From positions 200,264 to 264,263 of the forward strand of contig MNCI01001841.1 in the NCBI GenBank assembly GCA_015680685.1: a DNA stretch of 64,000 bases, in the 5' to 3' direction. The notes below the pieces were generated by a model that was not told where the DNA came from, did not search any database, and saw only the letters and a list, made by a program, of their open reading frames with translations. A program made the translations under genes and the position numbers. This stretch comes from Gnetum montanum (lineage: Eukaryota; Plantae; Gnetophyta). Below are positions 22,907 to 36,408 of this stretch, one piece after another (position 1 is the stretch's first letter; each line of letters begins with the position of its first letter).

Positions 22907-25900
22907 ATGGTTACATCAACCACAACTGTTGACACTGCCAATCTAGAGAACCCTTGGACCATGCAAGTTACACTTCCTGTGGTCGAGCCGCCAACTAGTC
23001 CAATGCGACTGTGCCGCTCTCTTAGGCTACAAACCAAGGAGCCTGAGGGACATGCTCAGCACAGGGAACACTACAATTTCCTCTGTGCTAAGCTAGCAGC
23101 AAACCTGCCCATGTATCTGCAAGAATTCAAGGAAAAATGAGAGTACGAGTTCATGTACTACAACGGGAAGGAATTTATTCCTTTACCTAACGCCACTATG
23201 CCCCTAATAGATCAAAAAAAGTGGATCCTAGATCAAATGTTGATGGCAAAGACATCGCCAGAACAACTAGAGGTGTTGTTCCATGATGAAACGCTTCATG
23301 ACAGGCAAGATGATCTAGAATCTCACTCTAAAGGAGGCAGTCATGCTAATTTCACCATGGCCCCTCCCTCCACGATGTCCCGCGTAAATCCATTGTTCAT
23401 GGATACCACACCCTTGACATTATCCAATACTAATTGAGTCCTACACTCACTACACCTACATTTTCTCTCTCCAACTATCTTCCTAGGAGATGGTCCCTCA
23501 CAAATCATTCCCCAACAGGTGTAATTACCTAACCCATCTCATCGTGTACTTGCACCTATGTCACCGCATGTGCATGTAATAACTACATCACAATTACCTA
23601 CAACACCAACCTTGCTCCCAACTCACACAACAGGGCCTGCCACCACAACATGGTGGGCTCCCAACATGTCTCTTGTTGCGCATCCTGTGCAAATGGACCA
23701 CCATCCCCATCATCAAAGCCAGGTCCCGCAAGTGCTAAACCCATTTGCAGGATCGTTGTCTGTGCCCCCAATTACACAAATAGCGTATCCAATGGCGCAG
23801 CCGATGATGGTCACCCCATCCACACCAACTATCGGATGGTGAAACCACAAGCAACACCGCCTACAAGGACCATCCCGTTAGCACCGACCGTCGGCCAAGC
23901 CTCCACCTCCGTTGCGCCACCCGGTGTGGCCCCTCCTACCATTCCACAAATGACCTCGTCGTCTACGGGCCTGGATCAAGCCTTCTAGCTCATTAAGACC
24001 CTTACAGAAGAGGTCAAGAATCTCAAGGTTGCTGGTTCTGACACGGTACAAGTCATGAATTTCTACCATGACGATCCTATTAGTCCAACAGTCCCTATCC
24101 TGTCGTTGCCACCTGGGATGCCCCTTCCCCATTTCACAGAATACAATGGCGAAGGTAATCCCAATGCCCACCTAGTCACTTTTAGGTCAGAGTCCTTATT
24201 ACTGCAACAATGGCCACATACTATAATCCATGTCTTTGCTATGTCCTTAACAGGTAAAGCTCTAGATTGGTATCGAGCACTTCCACGTGCTTCCATTTCA
24301 ACTTTGGAAAAGTTGCTAACCTAGTTTGTGACTCATTTTAAGTACAACCTAAAGCCAGAGGTCACACTGAACCAACTTATGAAAGTCAAGCAAGACCCAC
24401 TCAATCAGTTCAAAAGTTTATACAGTGGTGGAGTGCTACCTTGAATGAAATCCGCGAACCCATCATGGAAGCCCATCTACTGGCAATCTTCAAGGGAGCG
24501 GTCAATGACTTTATCAAGTCTAAGCTGTATTATCTCGCTCCCCGTTCTCTCAGCCAAGCCTTTGCTCAGACTAAGAGCATCCAAGACACGGTGAAGGCTA
24601 GTAAAGATCCAGCGTATGTGGTCTACAAGAATGCCCACAGCAAGGGTAAGTACAAAGGCAAAGCCACTACAATGATAGTAGCAACGGTTGCTGAAGGGGC
24701 CAAGAAGAAGAACAATAATAAGAAAACAACTACAGAGTCTACCGAGCCAACAACTAGCTCAAATGACACTAATCAAGAAGCTCCTTCTGCCCCCAAAGCA
24801 CCTCCATAACCAAGACCAAAATTTGAGCGTAAGGACCACTCAAATTACGCAACCCTACCTGTGAAGCCTTTAGAACTTTTGAAGCAATTATTGGGGACCG
24901 ACCATATCCAACATAAGGCTGTGTCCGAGGAGGCTCTAAAACGTCACAAGCACCATTGTGAGTTACTCAAGAACCCCTCCTTGGCCCAACCTAATGAACC
25001 ATTAGTTCCCAAGAACTTTAGGCTAGACCGATTTTGTGACTACCATCAATTGTGTGGTCATGATATGGATTACTGCTGGGCGTTGAAAAATGACATTCAA
25101 CGTATGATAGATCAAGGTGACCTGATCTTAGATAGCAGTAGTCCAGCTTGCCTAGAAAACCAAGCCATGCATGTGTACCAAGACCCGTTAAATGTAAATA
25201 CTGCAGGGTACATAATTAATGTGGTAGGAGCAGAGGGCGATAGTCAGGTGCAATCGAAGCAGCCTTTCTTGTTACGAACGCATCCTCACTCGTCCCAAAT
25301 AGCAGATCCATCAGCATTGAAAAGTGGTGCTCCAAGGCAACCTTTTATCCTCCGAGCCCCTTCTTAGACAACTTCTCGAAAGCCCACTATCGGTAAAGCC
25401 GTGGCCCAGCCCACGCCTACGCCTAAGGCACCCTTTGTCATCAGGGTGCCAAAACCATCAACCACCCCTCCTGTGCAAGGGTAAATTTCCAAGTCAACCT
25501 CTCAATCCCAATTTAAAAAAAAAAGCGAGGAGAAGGTATGACAACCGATATGGCTAAGGACCGTCTTACGTTGGGATTTCCCAAGCCTAAAACCCTCACT
25601 TATGTACCCTTGGCCCCATTTTCTAAAAATGATGAAGTTACGCAAATGCAGCCATCTTCTCCTAGCCAAAAGAAACATAGCCCTTAGCCAAATTTCACTC
25701 CTCCCCAAGAAATTTGTCTCTTAGGGCGAATAGAAGAGGAAAAGGGTGACAAGCAGCTAGATCATGGGCAGGATCTCTTCGATGCCTTTACGCAAGTCAA
25801 ACAAGCTCTAAAACAAAAAAATACAACATTGAGCCTTTATGACTTACTCATGACATCACAAAAACATCATGAGGGTATGGTTCGTATGCTAACGTCCATA

Positions 25901-26715
25901 CCCATGGATGAAACCCTACCAGCAGACGAAGAAGCAATTCATTCCATTATGCTTCCTCTTGCCGTTAAGAAGCCTGGGCCTTCCTTGTTGACCTTTTTCG
26001 ACGAATCCATTAAGGATGACCCAGAAAAGCGTCAAGTGACAACGGTGCCCATGTTCATCACCATCTGGGTTGGCCAACATCAGATCCGGAGAGTGCATGT
26101 AGATGATGGGGTGGCTACTAATGTCATCCCATNCCCCATCATCTACATGCACTCTCCGGATCTGATGTTGGCCAACCCAGATGGTGATGAACATGGGCAC
26201 CGTTGTCACTTGACGCTTTTNATCCTACAACAACGTCGTGTCTAAAGTCGTTCAACGGGGCACGAGTGCAAGTCAAAGGGATGGTTCACATCAACTTTGT
26301 AACAGGGGAGCAATTCCCCACAGACGCAACATTTATTATCATCGAAGAGATGCCTAGCTTCAACTTGATCCTGGGGAGGTCTTGGTTGGCTCAATTGAGG
26401 GCAGTTTCATCACCTATCTATCAGAAGATCCATCTGCCCTATGCAGGAGGAGAAGTGGTCATCCACAGTGATGAAATAACCCCTCAGGCTGTTAATAACA
26501 TAGAAACGAAACAAGGGTTGGAAATCGAAATGCCTAAAGATCAGTCCCCTGTCCAAATACTCGAACAAGCAGAAATAGTGGCCGATGACAACCTAACTTG
26601 GGCCGAACTACCATTCCAAGAGGAAGATTGTGGCCTGAAGGAAAAAGGTCATAAATCCCCTCGTCTTTACGTGTTACCAAAAATAAAAGCAATCAGGAAG
26701 CAATTACAGACTTAG
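22907..26715 (+). pseudogene. Element C gag and protease (disrupted)
   Basis: LPHFTEYNGEGNPNAHL...SLTGKALDWYRALP; FCDYHQLCGHDMDYCWAL; VHVDDGVATNVIP; FNLILGRSWL. Confidence 0.88.
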
Positions 26716-26939
26716 CAAGTAAATCTTGTTATCTAACTGCCATGCGATTTACGCGTACTTTTTCATCAGCTATCCTATTTTTTCTTTACAAACACTAATC
26801 ACATTTATGCATATATATTTACGCTTCCACCAACTATTCTCATTTATGCTTATGCTTATTTTCTATGCTTCCATTAGCTGTCTTTGTTACTCTTACCTTT
26901 ATCTAAAACTAATCATGTATCCTTTACGCTTGAATTATA

Positions 26940-27340
26940 ACGGGCCCAAAATGGCCTTAAACTATCCATGGCCTAAAATTAATCATAGCCTGCCAGGGCT
27001 TAAAACTGGTGACTTAGTGTTATTTATTTTATTCTTTCACACATATAACATGATCGAAATGGCCTTAAACTATCCATGGCCCGAAATGGCCTAAAACTAA
27101 TCGTAGCCTACCAGGGCTTAAAACTGGCGACTTAGTGTTATTTATTTTATTCTTTCACACATATAATGGGCCTGAAATGGCCTTAAAATATCCATGGCCT
27201 GCAATGGCCTTAAAAATACCTATTTAAATCACAATTTACACTTGAACTAGTCAAAGGCCCGAAATGGCTTAAAACTACCGATCTCATTTATGCTTCGCAC
27301 TTGAATTACCTAGTGGCCTGTAATGGTTTTAAACTAGTAA
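26940..27340 (+). repeat. Tandem motif array (GGCCCGAAATGGCCTTAAAACT family), including a ~110-bp duplication
   Basis: Directly visible repeats downstream of the protease stop. Confidence 0.8.
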
Positions 27341-27357
27341 CTCCATTTACACTACAC

Positions 27358-28223
27358 AGATTACTTGGTCATTCAAACGATGGGGACTAGATATCATACG
27401 TCCCATCGCGCCTAAATCTTCCGCAGGACATAGCTTCATTATCACCACCACTGAGTATTTTACAAAGTGGGTTTAGGTTATCCCCCTACGGAAGATTACA
27501 TCTCAATAGGTTTGCCATTTCATCTTAGACAATATTGTAACCAGATTTGGACTCCCTATGACTATTGTGACTAAAAACGGGCCACAATTTAGTAGTACAG
27601 AAACCAAATCTTTTTGCGATCATCTTGGTATCAAGCAATCTTTTTCTTCACGCTATTACTTGCAAGAAAATGGTCAAGTAGAAGCAACAAATAAAGTAAT
27701 TATCAATCTACTTAAGAAGATGCTTAGCAATAACAAAAAATGATGGCATGAAAAAATCTTCTACGTGCTATGGGCGTATCGTATGATGTGTAGAACAGCC
27801 ATAGATAGAATGCCCTACAACCTAGTCTATGGATCTGAAGCAGTGTTGCCCTTGGAATTACAAGTTCCCTCATTACGGATGGTCCTCTCCACGGTTATAA
27901 ATGAGACTCAACACAATGAGTCTAGAATCGTGGATTTAGACTCAGTGGAGGAGAAATGCATCCAAATGCTCAACACCATCGAAAGATATTAGGACAAATA
28001 GAGACAGAAGCATCAGCACAACCTGCATCAACGACCGATCAAGAAAGGAGACCTAGTTCTCAAGGCCATTTGTGAACCAGTAGGCAAATTCTCTGCAAAC
28101 TGGGAAGGCCCTTTCCTGGTCATCAGTGCATACAGCAATGGAGCATTCAAGTTAGTGGATATTGACAACAACGAACAACCGAATAAATTGAATAATCTGT
28201 ATCTGAAGTGGTACTACATTTGA
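27358..28223 (+). pseudogene. Element C integrase core and C-terminus (N-terminally truncated)
   Basis: ITWSFKRWGLDII...TKNGPQF...NGQVEATNK...LWAYR...NWEGPF...LKWYYI*. Confidence 0.88.
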
Positions 28224-28257
28224 ATGCTAACTCAGCTCAAGCGTAAAGGTAACACAT

Positions 28258-28616
28258 GTCCGTTACGACATAAAATTGGCAAAGTTGTACACTTCCGCTA
28301 CAACGTAAAAATGGCATTCCTTTCACGCATCCGCCAAGATGCTAAACTGGCAAAGTTTCCGACCGTCCGCCATGACGTGAAACTGGCAAGGTAAGCATAC
28401 AACTGCTGAGACACTAAACCAGCATAGACTTGTCCCTGGGTCATGACATAAAATTGACACCCACAACATAGTCTACTGGGACCATAAACTAGCTCTTCCA
28501 CCATCCACTACGACGTAAAACTAGCAAGTCTTAGTCTGCCCAGACGTTAAACCGAGACCACGGCCTGCTAAGGCTTAAAACCAGCAACAATGGTCAACCA
28601 AGACCTAAAATTGGAA
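28258..28616 (+). repeat. Post-integrase hairpin-motif array of element C
   Basis: Repeated stem-GACNTAAAA-stem units with variable spacers. Confidence 0.75.
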
Positions 28617-29786
28617 TCCTTCAATAGACAATCCACAAAGCAAGCGAGCGTGATCACTCTTGCACTACATCCGTACCAGATGGAACGGGTAAGGCGTTGG
28701 GATAGATGCAACTGATTCCTCGAACAGGCTAAAAGGCATACTACTGACCCCTCGAAGATGTTGCTACGACATCCACCCTGTAGTTGTAGCTCCTGGGATC
28801 AACTTCGCTGCTTGAGGCCTCGAAGAAACTATGGTCATCTGTAGTCTCAGTGGCCTTCATCCATCGCTGTCACCAAACACTAGCTTAGCAGATTCATCTG
28901 ACTTGTTCTTTACCTAGTCATTTGAGCAAAATGAATCTGGCTATCAACGACAGCTTCATGAACCACGACATCAACATTGGGACCCTTGCTCCTTGTTATG
29001 GTCCCTGTTTCGTGGCCTACGCTCTCATTTTTTATTTGGATGATGCTTGTTTCAACAGCCTCCCTCCTTAGTGATTAGGACAATTGCTTTTGCGCTCTGC
29101 TCTCTATTATGTTTTGCAAGTTACTTACTACAACAGCGTTGATCGAGAATGCATTCATTAGAAGGTGAGGTGTCACGGCATCCTGAAGTGGTTGCTCAGA
29201 CTAGCCTAGCTACTTAGGAGTGCAAACCCTACCTCTCCCTCCATCGGATGCATTACTTTTTTTCCCCTTCCCTTGTTCTCATGACGACCTTTACCCTCTG
29301 CTTTGTTTGTACAGAGCGTGAACATTCAATCAAATTCTTTCGCATCATCGTGTCCATGAACTAGCGTAACACAACTCACCCAGTGGAATGTAATTCAAGA
29401 AAAAAGGGGGGGCAAAGCTTGGCAAAATGGATGTAAAACAACTCATCCAGGCTACGTGGGCGTAACACAACTCGTCCGCGCAAGCCCTTCATATACAGTA
29501 TGACGGTGTAACCTCTCTCAAATACATTCACAGAAGGACGTAATGACTTGTTCGCAAAAGTTTCATGTTCACATGCTTGAGTCTTTCCCAAACCTCCTTC
29601 CTCTTACTTCTATAAAATCCCTTCTATCCTTTCTTCCCTACCCTGCCTTTGCACTTCCAGGTTTGACAGAGCAACATTTGAGTAATCTCCGACGAACGCT
29701 GTTGGTGCCTTTACCTCTCTGGTGTTTCATATTCTTTGTCAACGTCTTTCGGGCAAGCCCTCTAAATGTCAACAAAGAGGGGCCAT

Positions 29787-31251
29787 TGAAACACCATAAA
29801 AATTTTGAGGCCTCGATGGTTCACCAAAATCTAGCAATTTAAGCAAGGAGTCATGATGCTGCGCAGCATAATACAAATAAATTTTAGAAGACAGAACAAA
29901 ACAATGGGTGCACGATCGCAAGTCTTCAACTTTGCACATTTTCTATGTTTCAAAAATCTTAACTTTTAACATACTACGCTGCATTACGCAACATAGTGTA
30001 ACGTCACGTTACACAGCGTAATGTCAAAGGTAGTCCACCGCAACATCAAAGATGGCAAACATTCAAGACTTCGACGACCCAGCAAAAATATCAAGGTTTA
30101 GGTAATGATCTGCAGCATGCTGTGCATTTTAGTAGGTTTTCTTTCTCGCTTAAGGGGCCTATTACGCTACATTACGCAGTGTGGCATAATAAACCCCGGA
30201 AGGATTGATTAGAAACAGAGGAAGCATAGCGACAACACTTCCATTTTTCGCAGGTTCACTATTTTACGTTGAATTACACTATGAGGCGTAATTTAGCATG
30301 GTGCAACGTAATACAAACAAAGACAAAAGTAATATAATACGAGCATTAGCAGTTCATACGTCACGATACGCTCTCTAGCGTATCGCAGCATAATCAAATA
30401 ACATCCTATCGCCAAAGCCCAAACAAGAGTGGTTTACAATGCGTTACACAGTATGGCGCCGCAAGCTTCAACAACAAACACATCAGGTCAATGGCATTGT
30501 ACAGGTTCATGACACATGTCATTTAAACTACATTTTTATCCTAACCCTAATCTTATAAATACTCCAGTCAACAAAGATCAAAGGGTTGGCAGAAATTTCT
30601 CCTAAGATTAACAGATTTTCTCTGTGGGCGATTTTTTGGCAATGTTTGACAACTTTTAGCAAGGATTGACAAGAGAGTAAAGAGGATCAGTAATCACAAG
30701 AGTATCGAAGACAATTGGCAAGAACCTTTGGTTAGAAATAGCTATTTGATAGACATTCTGCTTCGGGACCAACCTCCTTGTACCCAGATCTGCCAGAACA
30801 AGGTAGATCGATCTTTTCTTGCTTCATCTTTAAATAGCCTTCTTGTTGTTGGCATGTACTTCACCTAAATTGAAGTCCACTTGTAATCATTGTATCTAAT
30901 ATATTTGGTTCGTGAGTTGAATCCTGAAGTTGGGGATTACCTGCGTTCTAAATCTGATCTCTTGTCCCCTATTTACACGAATCTCGCAAATCGCTTTAAA
31001 TCGATTACATCATTTTCAATTATCTTCAAAATTAACAATATTATATCTTCTCATAAAGAACCATCATTTTGTCATCCAAATATCACAAAATTTTTACTGA
31101 TCAAGTAAGTCCCTATCTGATCAACAAAACCATTTAGGGCACCTCGGATTCATTTTTTCTCCATCATGGTCCTCGCACGGATCTGGGGTTAGAACTGTGT
31201 ACACAGACTTTCATTCGGTATTTCCAACAACCGACGTTTTCCATCGTTACA
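29787..31251 (+). repeat. Second (shared) LTR of element C
   Basis: PPT AAAGAGGGGCCA upstream. Ends GTTACA. PBS TGGCGCTAAAATGAGGG downstream. Confidence 0.92.
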
Positions 31252-31449
31252 GTTTTCTGGCGCTAAAATGAGGGCCTTCATATCTGATCCGCATTTTACA
31301 GGTAGTCTTGTAAGCTGTCTATACCTATCGTCAATCGACAAAAACGTAATACCTCCAAGGTTGTTTACGGGATTGTGTGGTGTAGATCAGTCACTTCGAC
31401 GATTCCAAATCATCCTCCAAATCATTAGCGTATCATCCCTTTAACATGA

Positions 31450-31596
31450 AATGGCCCAAGATGGCCTAAAACTGTGCTACACTATGGCGTAGAATGGCCT
31501 AAAACTAGCGATGGCTCAAGATGGCCTAAAACTATGCTACGCTATAGACTGAAATGGCCTAAAACAAGCCCATGGCCCGAAATGGCCTAAAACTAA
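31450..31596 (+). repeat. ATGGCCTAAAACT tandem motif array
   Basis: Five copies of ATGGCCTAAAAC at a ~25-35 bp period. Confidence 0.8.
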
Positions 31597-31765
31597 AACA
31601 AAAGAATGAAAGTTTAACATATAATTTAGCATGTAGACAATCATAAATTAGCGTAGAACCAACTTATTTTTTGAAATTCTCCCTTTTCATTCAAAGCTTT
31701 TATCTTTTATACAATGTTTGCAAAAATTCTACAAAAACCAAAAAATTTTAAAACATCCCATGTTG

Positions 31766-34700
31766 TCATGGTTTGTCTTCACCCGCACCATCTTCTTCAT
31801 CATCATTTGCTCCTACATCATCACCTTCCACATCACCTTCCTCTACGTTATCCTCTACCACCCCTTTATTCCTGCCCTCTATGGGCCTTGCGCCCTCATC
31901 TAGAACCTACATTGTAAAAATGATGTAGTCAGCTAGGGTAACATATACAAGCTATAACAAAACACAAGCATTAACACAACAGAAAATGACTAACCTGAGA
32001 TGGCCCTGCATCCGTCTCAAAAGGTATCTGATCTAAATCAAGCCCAAGGTGATGCCAGACCTCCTCTTCCATGATATTCACCCAATGCCTATTGCTTGGT
32101 TCAGCGTCTGCAACAACTTTCTCCTTTTTGATGGTCATCCATATTGGCAGTACTGGAGAAAAGGAGGTGCTAGCGGTCTCAGCTGTGGAAAGGTCCACTT
32201 CCCGTTCAGGAGATTTAGTGACCTTTACCTGCTCCTTGAACTTGTTATAGGCCTCAGAAGCGTAAATAGCATTTACAAATGCTTTATAGGTAAACACCTC
32301 CATAGAAGCGTCCCTGTATAGTTTACAATAGGTGGCATGTTCCAGTTTATACATGTGCTTATGGTTCTTCTGGGACTGCCCCCATTCGTAAACCCTGATG
32401 CTATAATCTTTCCAATCTTAACTCTTCTAGGCCAACAAGTCCATTTGCATTCGCTATTCTATTATTTCTCGGGTGGCTTCATTGTTCTGTCGCACGATTG
32501 TCCAATATCTGGCATAATCTATCACACTCATGTGCCAATTGTCGTTATTAGTATCACGGACTATGAGGAATTCGTTCCTCGATTTGAGGTCTCCCACCTC
32601 AGCACTAAGGTCAACCTTCTCCTTCTCAGCCTTTTGGACCCATTTCCATAGGTCCTCATTGACGCGTCTACACTCCCACAAGGAGTGTGCTGAGTGCAAA
32701 GTGCATTTTCTGGCCTCGTCATATGCATGATGAGACACATCGGTCAGTTCACACAGGAATGTAGATACAACACCAACTTTCAAAGGTTGTGTTGGCTCCC
32801 ATTTGAGTCGAGAGGGTTGTCACCACACAAGGAGCATATCAGTCACATTAATGTAGCAAGGTTAGCAAATTCAAGAACTCTAGTGTACCAACATGAAAGT
32901 GTCTAGCATAACTACTTACCCACTTCAGGGTCAACTTGTCTGAGGTGGCCGATCATGTCATCGACGACCCCCTGCATAAACGTAAACTTGTCAAGGGTCT
33001 TGGCCCATGGTTCCACACATATCAAAGGGCGTCCTGCAACATTAACGATGGTGTCTGTCATACAACTAAATGTGTTAGCAATGATAGAAATGGACTATGA
33101 TAAAATGAGTACATTGTTAAACTCACCAACATCTAATTGCAATTTCCCTCCCTTCTGACTCAAAGCGACGATAGCATCCTTAGCAGATGTCCCTTCCAGG
33201 TCGATGCAAGCCTCTTCTTTATTTGCTTGAGCCTTTCCTTTTGAGGCCCCAGCATCCTCTTCATCCATAGTAGACTCCTCTTTGTCTCCAAAAATGTCCT
33301 CCTCGTCAGCAACAAGATTTTCCCTAACAAGAAGAGCCCCTTCCTTAGTGATAGGAGCTCTTTCCTTCTTGATCGGGGCCCTTTCCTCCGAGACTGAGGC
33401 CTCCATGTCTTTATTTATTGTCCCCGTCTTGAGGGCCGACATCTCTTCATCACCTTCTTCCTCTTCCTCTTCTTCCTCTAGCAACCAAAAACATGTTTGC
33501 ATTAGTTCAAAGTAGGTTAGCTTAAAGTAGGTGCTACGCTACACTCTGCTTTCTAGCGTAGCATAGCGTAGCATAGCGTAGCAAACGTAAGACTCTTGGG
33601 CAAGAAAGTAGACATAGGCGAAAACATTTACCAACGGGGGGTTGTGTCCTGTGTAACTTGAACCGTAGTGGTCACCCCTCTTCTTCTTCCATGCAGAGGG
33701 TTTCCTCAGTTGAAGAAGGCCCCTTTCACTGCAACTTACTGGTCATCATTTTGGTAATGAGATGTTTCCTCTATGATACGCTGCTAGCTGCAGCAGGGGG
33801 CGCCCCTCCTACGCTGTCTTGGCCACGAAAGTTGTGGCCACCCAATCCTTGATCGTCATAGAAAATGACTCCCAAATAGCTTCTGGGGGATCTTGGGCTT
33901 GGGTGGTCTAGAGGATTTGATAGATCCACGGTTTGGAGATCTGATTGCGATTTCGCATTACCTAGGCCCCATTCTCATGGACTACCAAAAACTCCATGAA
34001 ACACGACAAATAGGCTATGTAAAAGGTGTAATGAACATTGAAACAAGACTCTTGCTTCTTATGGAGCTCCACGCTTTCAGTCTACAAGCCTTTACACAAA
34101 AACCTAGCCTAGTTGTAGCGAGCCCCCTCCTCCATGACCTCTCGCATCACCCAGGCTTGCTCAATCCCAAGGATCTACCCTTGGAAAAGTAGTTAGGGGA
34201 CTGTTCGAGAACAGAAGATGGGAGAAACCTCCTTAGCAGGCCCTGCCCTGACCTTCTTCATAGGGATCCCCTTTCACTCTTTGGGGACCCCTATCCACTC
34301 CTCAATGTCCTCCTTCTAAAGGTTCAGCTCCTTCTTGGTCTTTGACCCTATGAGGATGCCATCAGTAGGGACACCAAAAAGGTCAACGAATAGTTGGTCA
34401 TTGATTTCAATTACCACCCACACACCATGTACACATGTGTGGAAGTGGTCTACCTTGTCGGAGAAGGAGTCAGCTAGGGAAAGCATCTTGGCGGCAGGGA
34501 CGCTTGGATTCGGGACCAAGAACAAATCCATAAGCCCAACATTTTGGATATGCTTGAGCAAGGATTTTGAGGCCGTGTTGCATATCCAACGCTGGCTCTC
34601 ATCTACTTCTCCGTACTTGAAGTAGATGTTTGCTTCCTGGTTCCCAGTGGTTATAACCATCACCTCCTAAGATTTTTTTGCCCCTATAGCAATTTGCACA

Positions 34701-36274
34701 GAAGCAGTTAGCATAAAAACATAAAAAACACAAAAAATGGCAAAGACACTTGAACATGCAATACCTACTACTTAGCTTCCCAGGCTTGTACGGTAATGGG
34801 AATGGTAGAAGTTTAACTAAGACATCGTCAACAGTGATCGATTTAAAGTGTCAATCCCTCATCCAACTAACCAAACTCCTTGCATCTGTTGTAGACATTG
34901 GGATATCGGGTTGGATAGGTGTCGTACTCACCCCCACATTGACCTATCATGCCTGCACGCATATTCTTAGTAGAAGAAAACTCCTGTAGGTCCATTTGTG
35001 CTATAGTCAATACATCCGTATCGCCTTGAAGCCCTTCCTCGTCGATGTAAAACCTGGTAACGAAAGCATACCGTTAACGTTTGGCTAGCATAACAAACGT
35101 CACATAATGCATGGGAACATGGCTACAAAATTCACCCACCAGCACTGTAGACGGTTCCTAGTGGGTTTTGGAAGCATGTTCCCATATGACGTGCAATAAA
35201 CAATGTGTTGTAAAGATGGTAGCAACTGTACTCGGGCATACCCCAGATCCAAGCCAAATGTCTCAAATTTTTGGGGTGTTGACTGGATCCTTCTCTATAC
35301 CTGCTACTAATTGCCCCATCTGTCAAATATCTCAGAACACCCCAGTTTGCCCCAGGTAACAGGGTTTCTGTTATGGTGGCCACTACTTCCTTCACTAAGT
35401 GTGAACAAATGATCACACTGAAGCGTTAAAGGAGAAATTGTAGGAACACCTGTGCTCCTTCCTTGAACTAGACCTTCTAGTCTCCCACACATCTATGGGG
35501 AGGAGGAACATGGGCCACTGGTCTGTTCACGCAGCACAGGACCCCTACAATTTCTATGACAATTAGAACTGGCCTTAGCGCTTCCCTATGCAACACAATA
35601 GCAAATGTTAGCATCATGTCCAAGTGCAATACACACATAGCGTAGCAAGAACTAGCATTTTAGCAAATATAGCATAATCCTCTTCCTATACATAGCGTAG
35701 CAAAAACATGAAGGCAATAACATAGTGAAAATAGCCTAGCATAGCAACAAAGCGATTAGCCCTAACAAAAGTGATTAACATTATACCCTGACAGAAGATG
35801 TGTCACACTGCCACATCACGCATGGCCAAACCCTCTTGAGGGTCCTACACTACGCCATTTGAAAGTCAAGTAGCTTAAATCATCCAAGTCCCTGTGGTAA
35901 TGACAACCACAGCAATGGTGGTCTAGGCGACCTTGCATGCAACTTTAGCATAGTGTTTATACATCCACCATGGCCAAAATGGCAACAACGACGGTGTAAA
36001 GGCCAAAACAATGACAACGCAATGACGGAAAACATGGATAGCTAAAACTAAATCACAAAAATGAAAGCAAAAAAAAAACAAAAATGATAACAAAAACATG
36101 AGGAAATAGAGGAAGCATAGCAGCCTACTGGGTCAACAGTGTCTCCTCCCGCACTGCAACGCATGCTTGTGTCATGTGTCCTAGGGTTTCCTTCACCTCA
36201 TCAACCTTAGCAAGCACCAAGTGTGTGCATTCCTTCTTGGGAACCATCGTCTTACTTTGCCGACTCTTTCTCAT
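31766..36274 (-). pseudogene. Multi-exon antisense extra gene inside element B (PMD/plant-transposon-protein-like domain, coiled coil, acidic tail), now with premature stops
   Basis: Minus-strand introns with GT donors, CTAAC/CTGAC-type branch motifs (most introns) and YAG acceptors: 31994-31907, 33126-33055, 33631-33478, 34764-34684, 35135-35054, 35786-35586. Further donor at 32919 and a candidate intron 36128-35932. Three of these introns join exons in frame. Stop TGA at 31768-31766. Confidence 0.75.
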
Positions 36275-36400
36275 TGCTATGTCGAAACTGCCTTGCTCTC
36301 TGCTACCACAATTGCTCTACTCTCTGAAATCACTTTGTGCTATGAATGTGGGCTCTGTGCTATTACGGTGAAAATAACGAGCTTACCAAGAGTTAATCCC

Positions 36401-36408
36401 TATTTATA
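36401..36408 (-). promoter_or_regulatory. Candidate TATA box of the antisense gene
   Basis: GCTATAAATAGGG on the minus strand, ~130 nt upstream of candidate ATG 36274. Confidence 0.55.

Larger units (their letters stand above)
21197..31404 (+). mobile_element. Element C: B-related Ogre/Tat derivative (LTR-gag-PR-spacer-partial INT-PPT-LTR-PBS), lacking RT/RH
   Basis: LTRs 21197-22650 and 29787-31251. PBS 22657-22673. gag-PR 22907-26715. INT core 27358-28223. The second LTR is again followed by a PBS and leader. Confidence 0.88.

Noticed and set aside
26025-26221. Perfect ~87-bp inverted duplication (apparent long hairpin) in C's protease
   Set aside because: The inverted copy is bounded by N at 26133 and 26221 and is identical to its source in an otherwise heavily mutated element. 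Most likely a scaffolding artefact.
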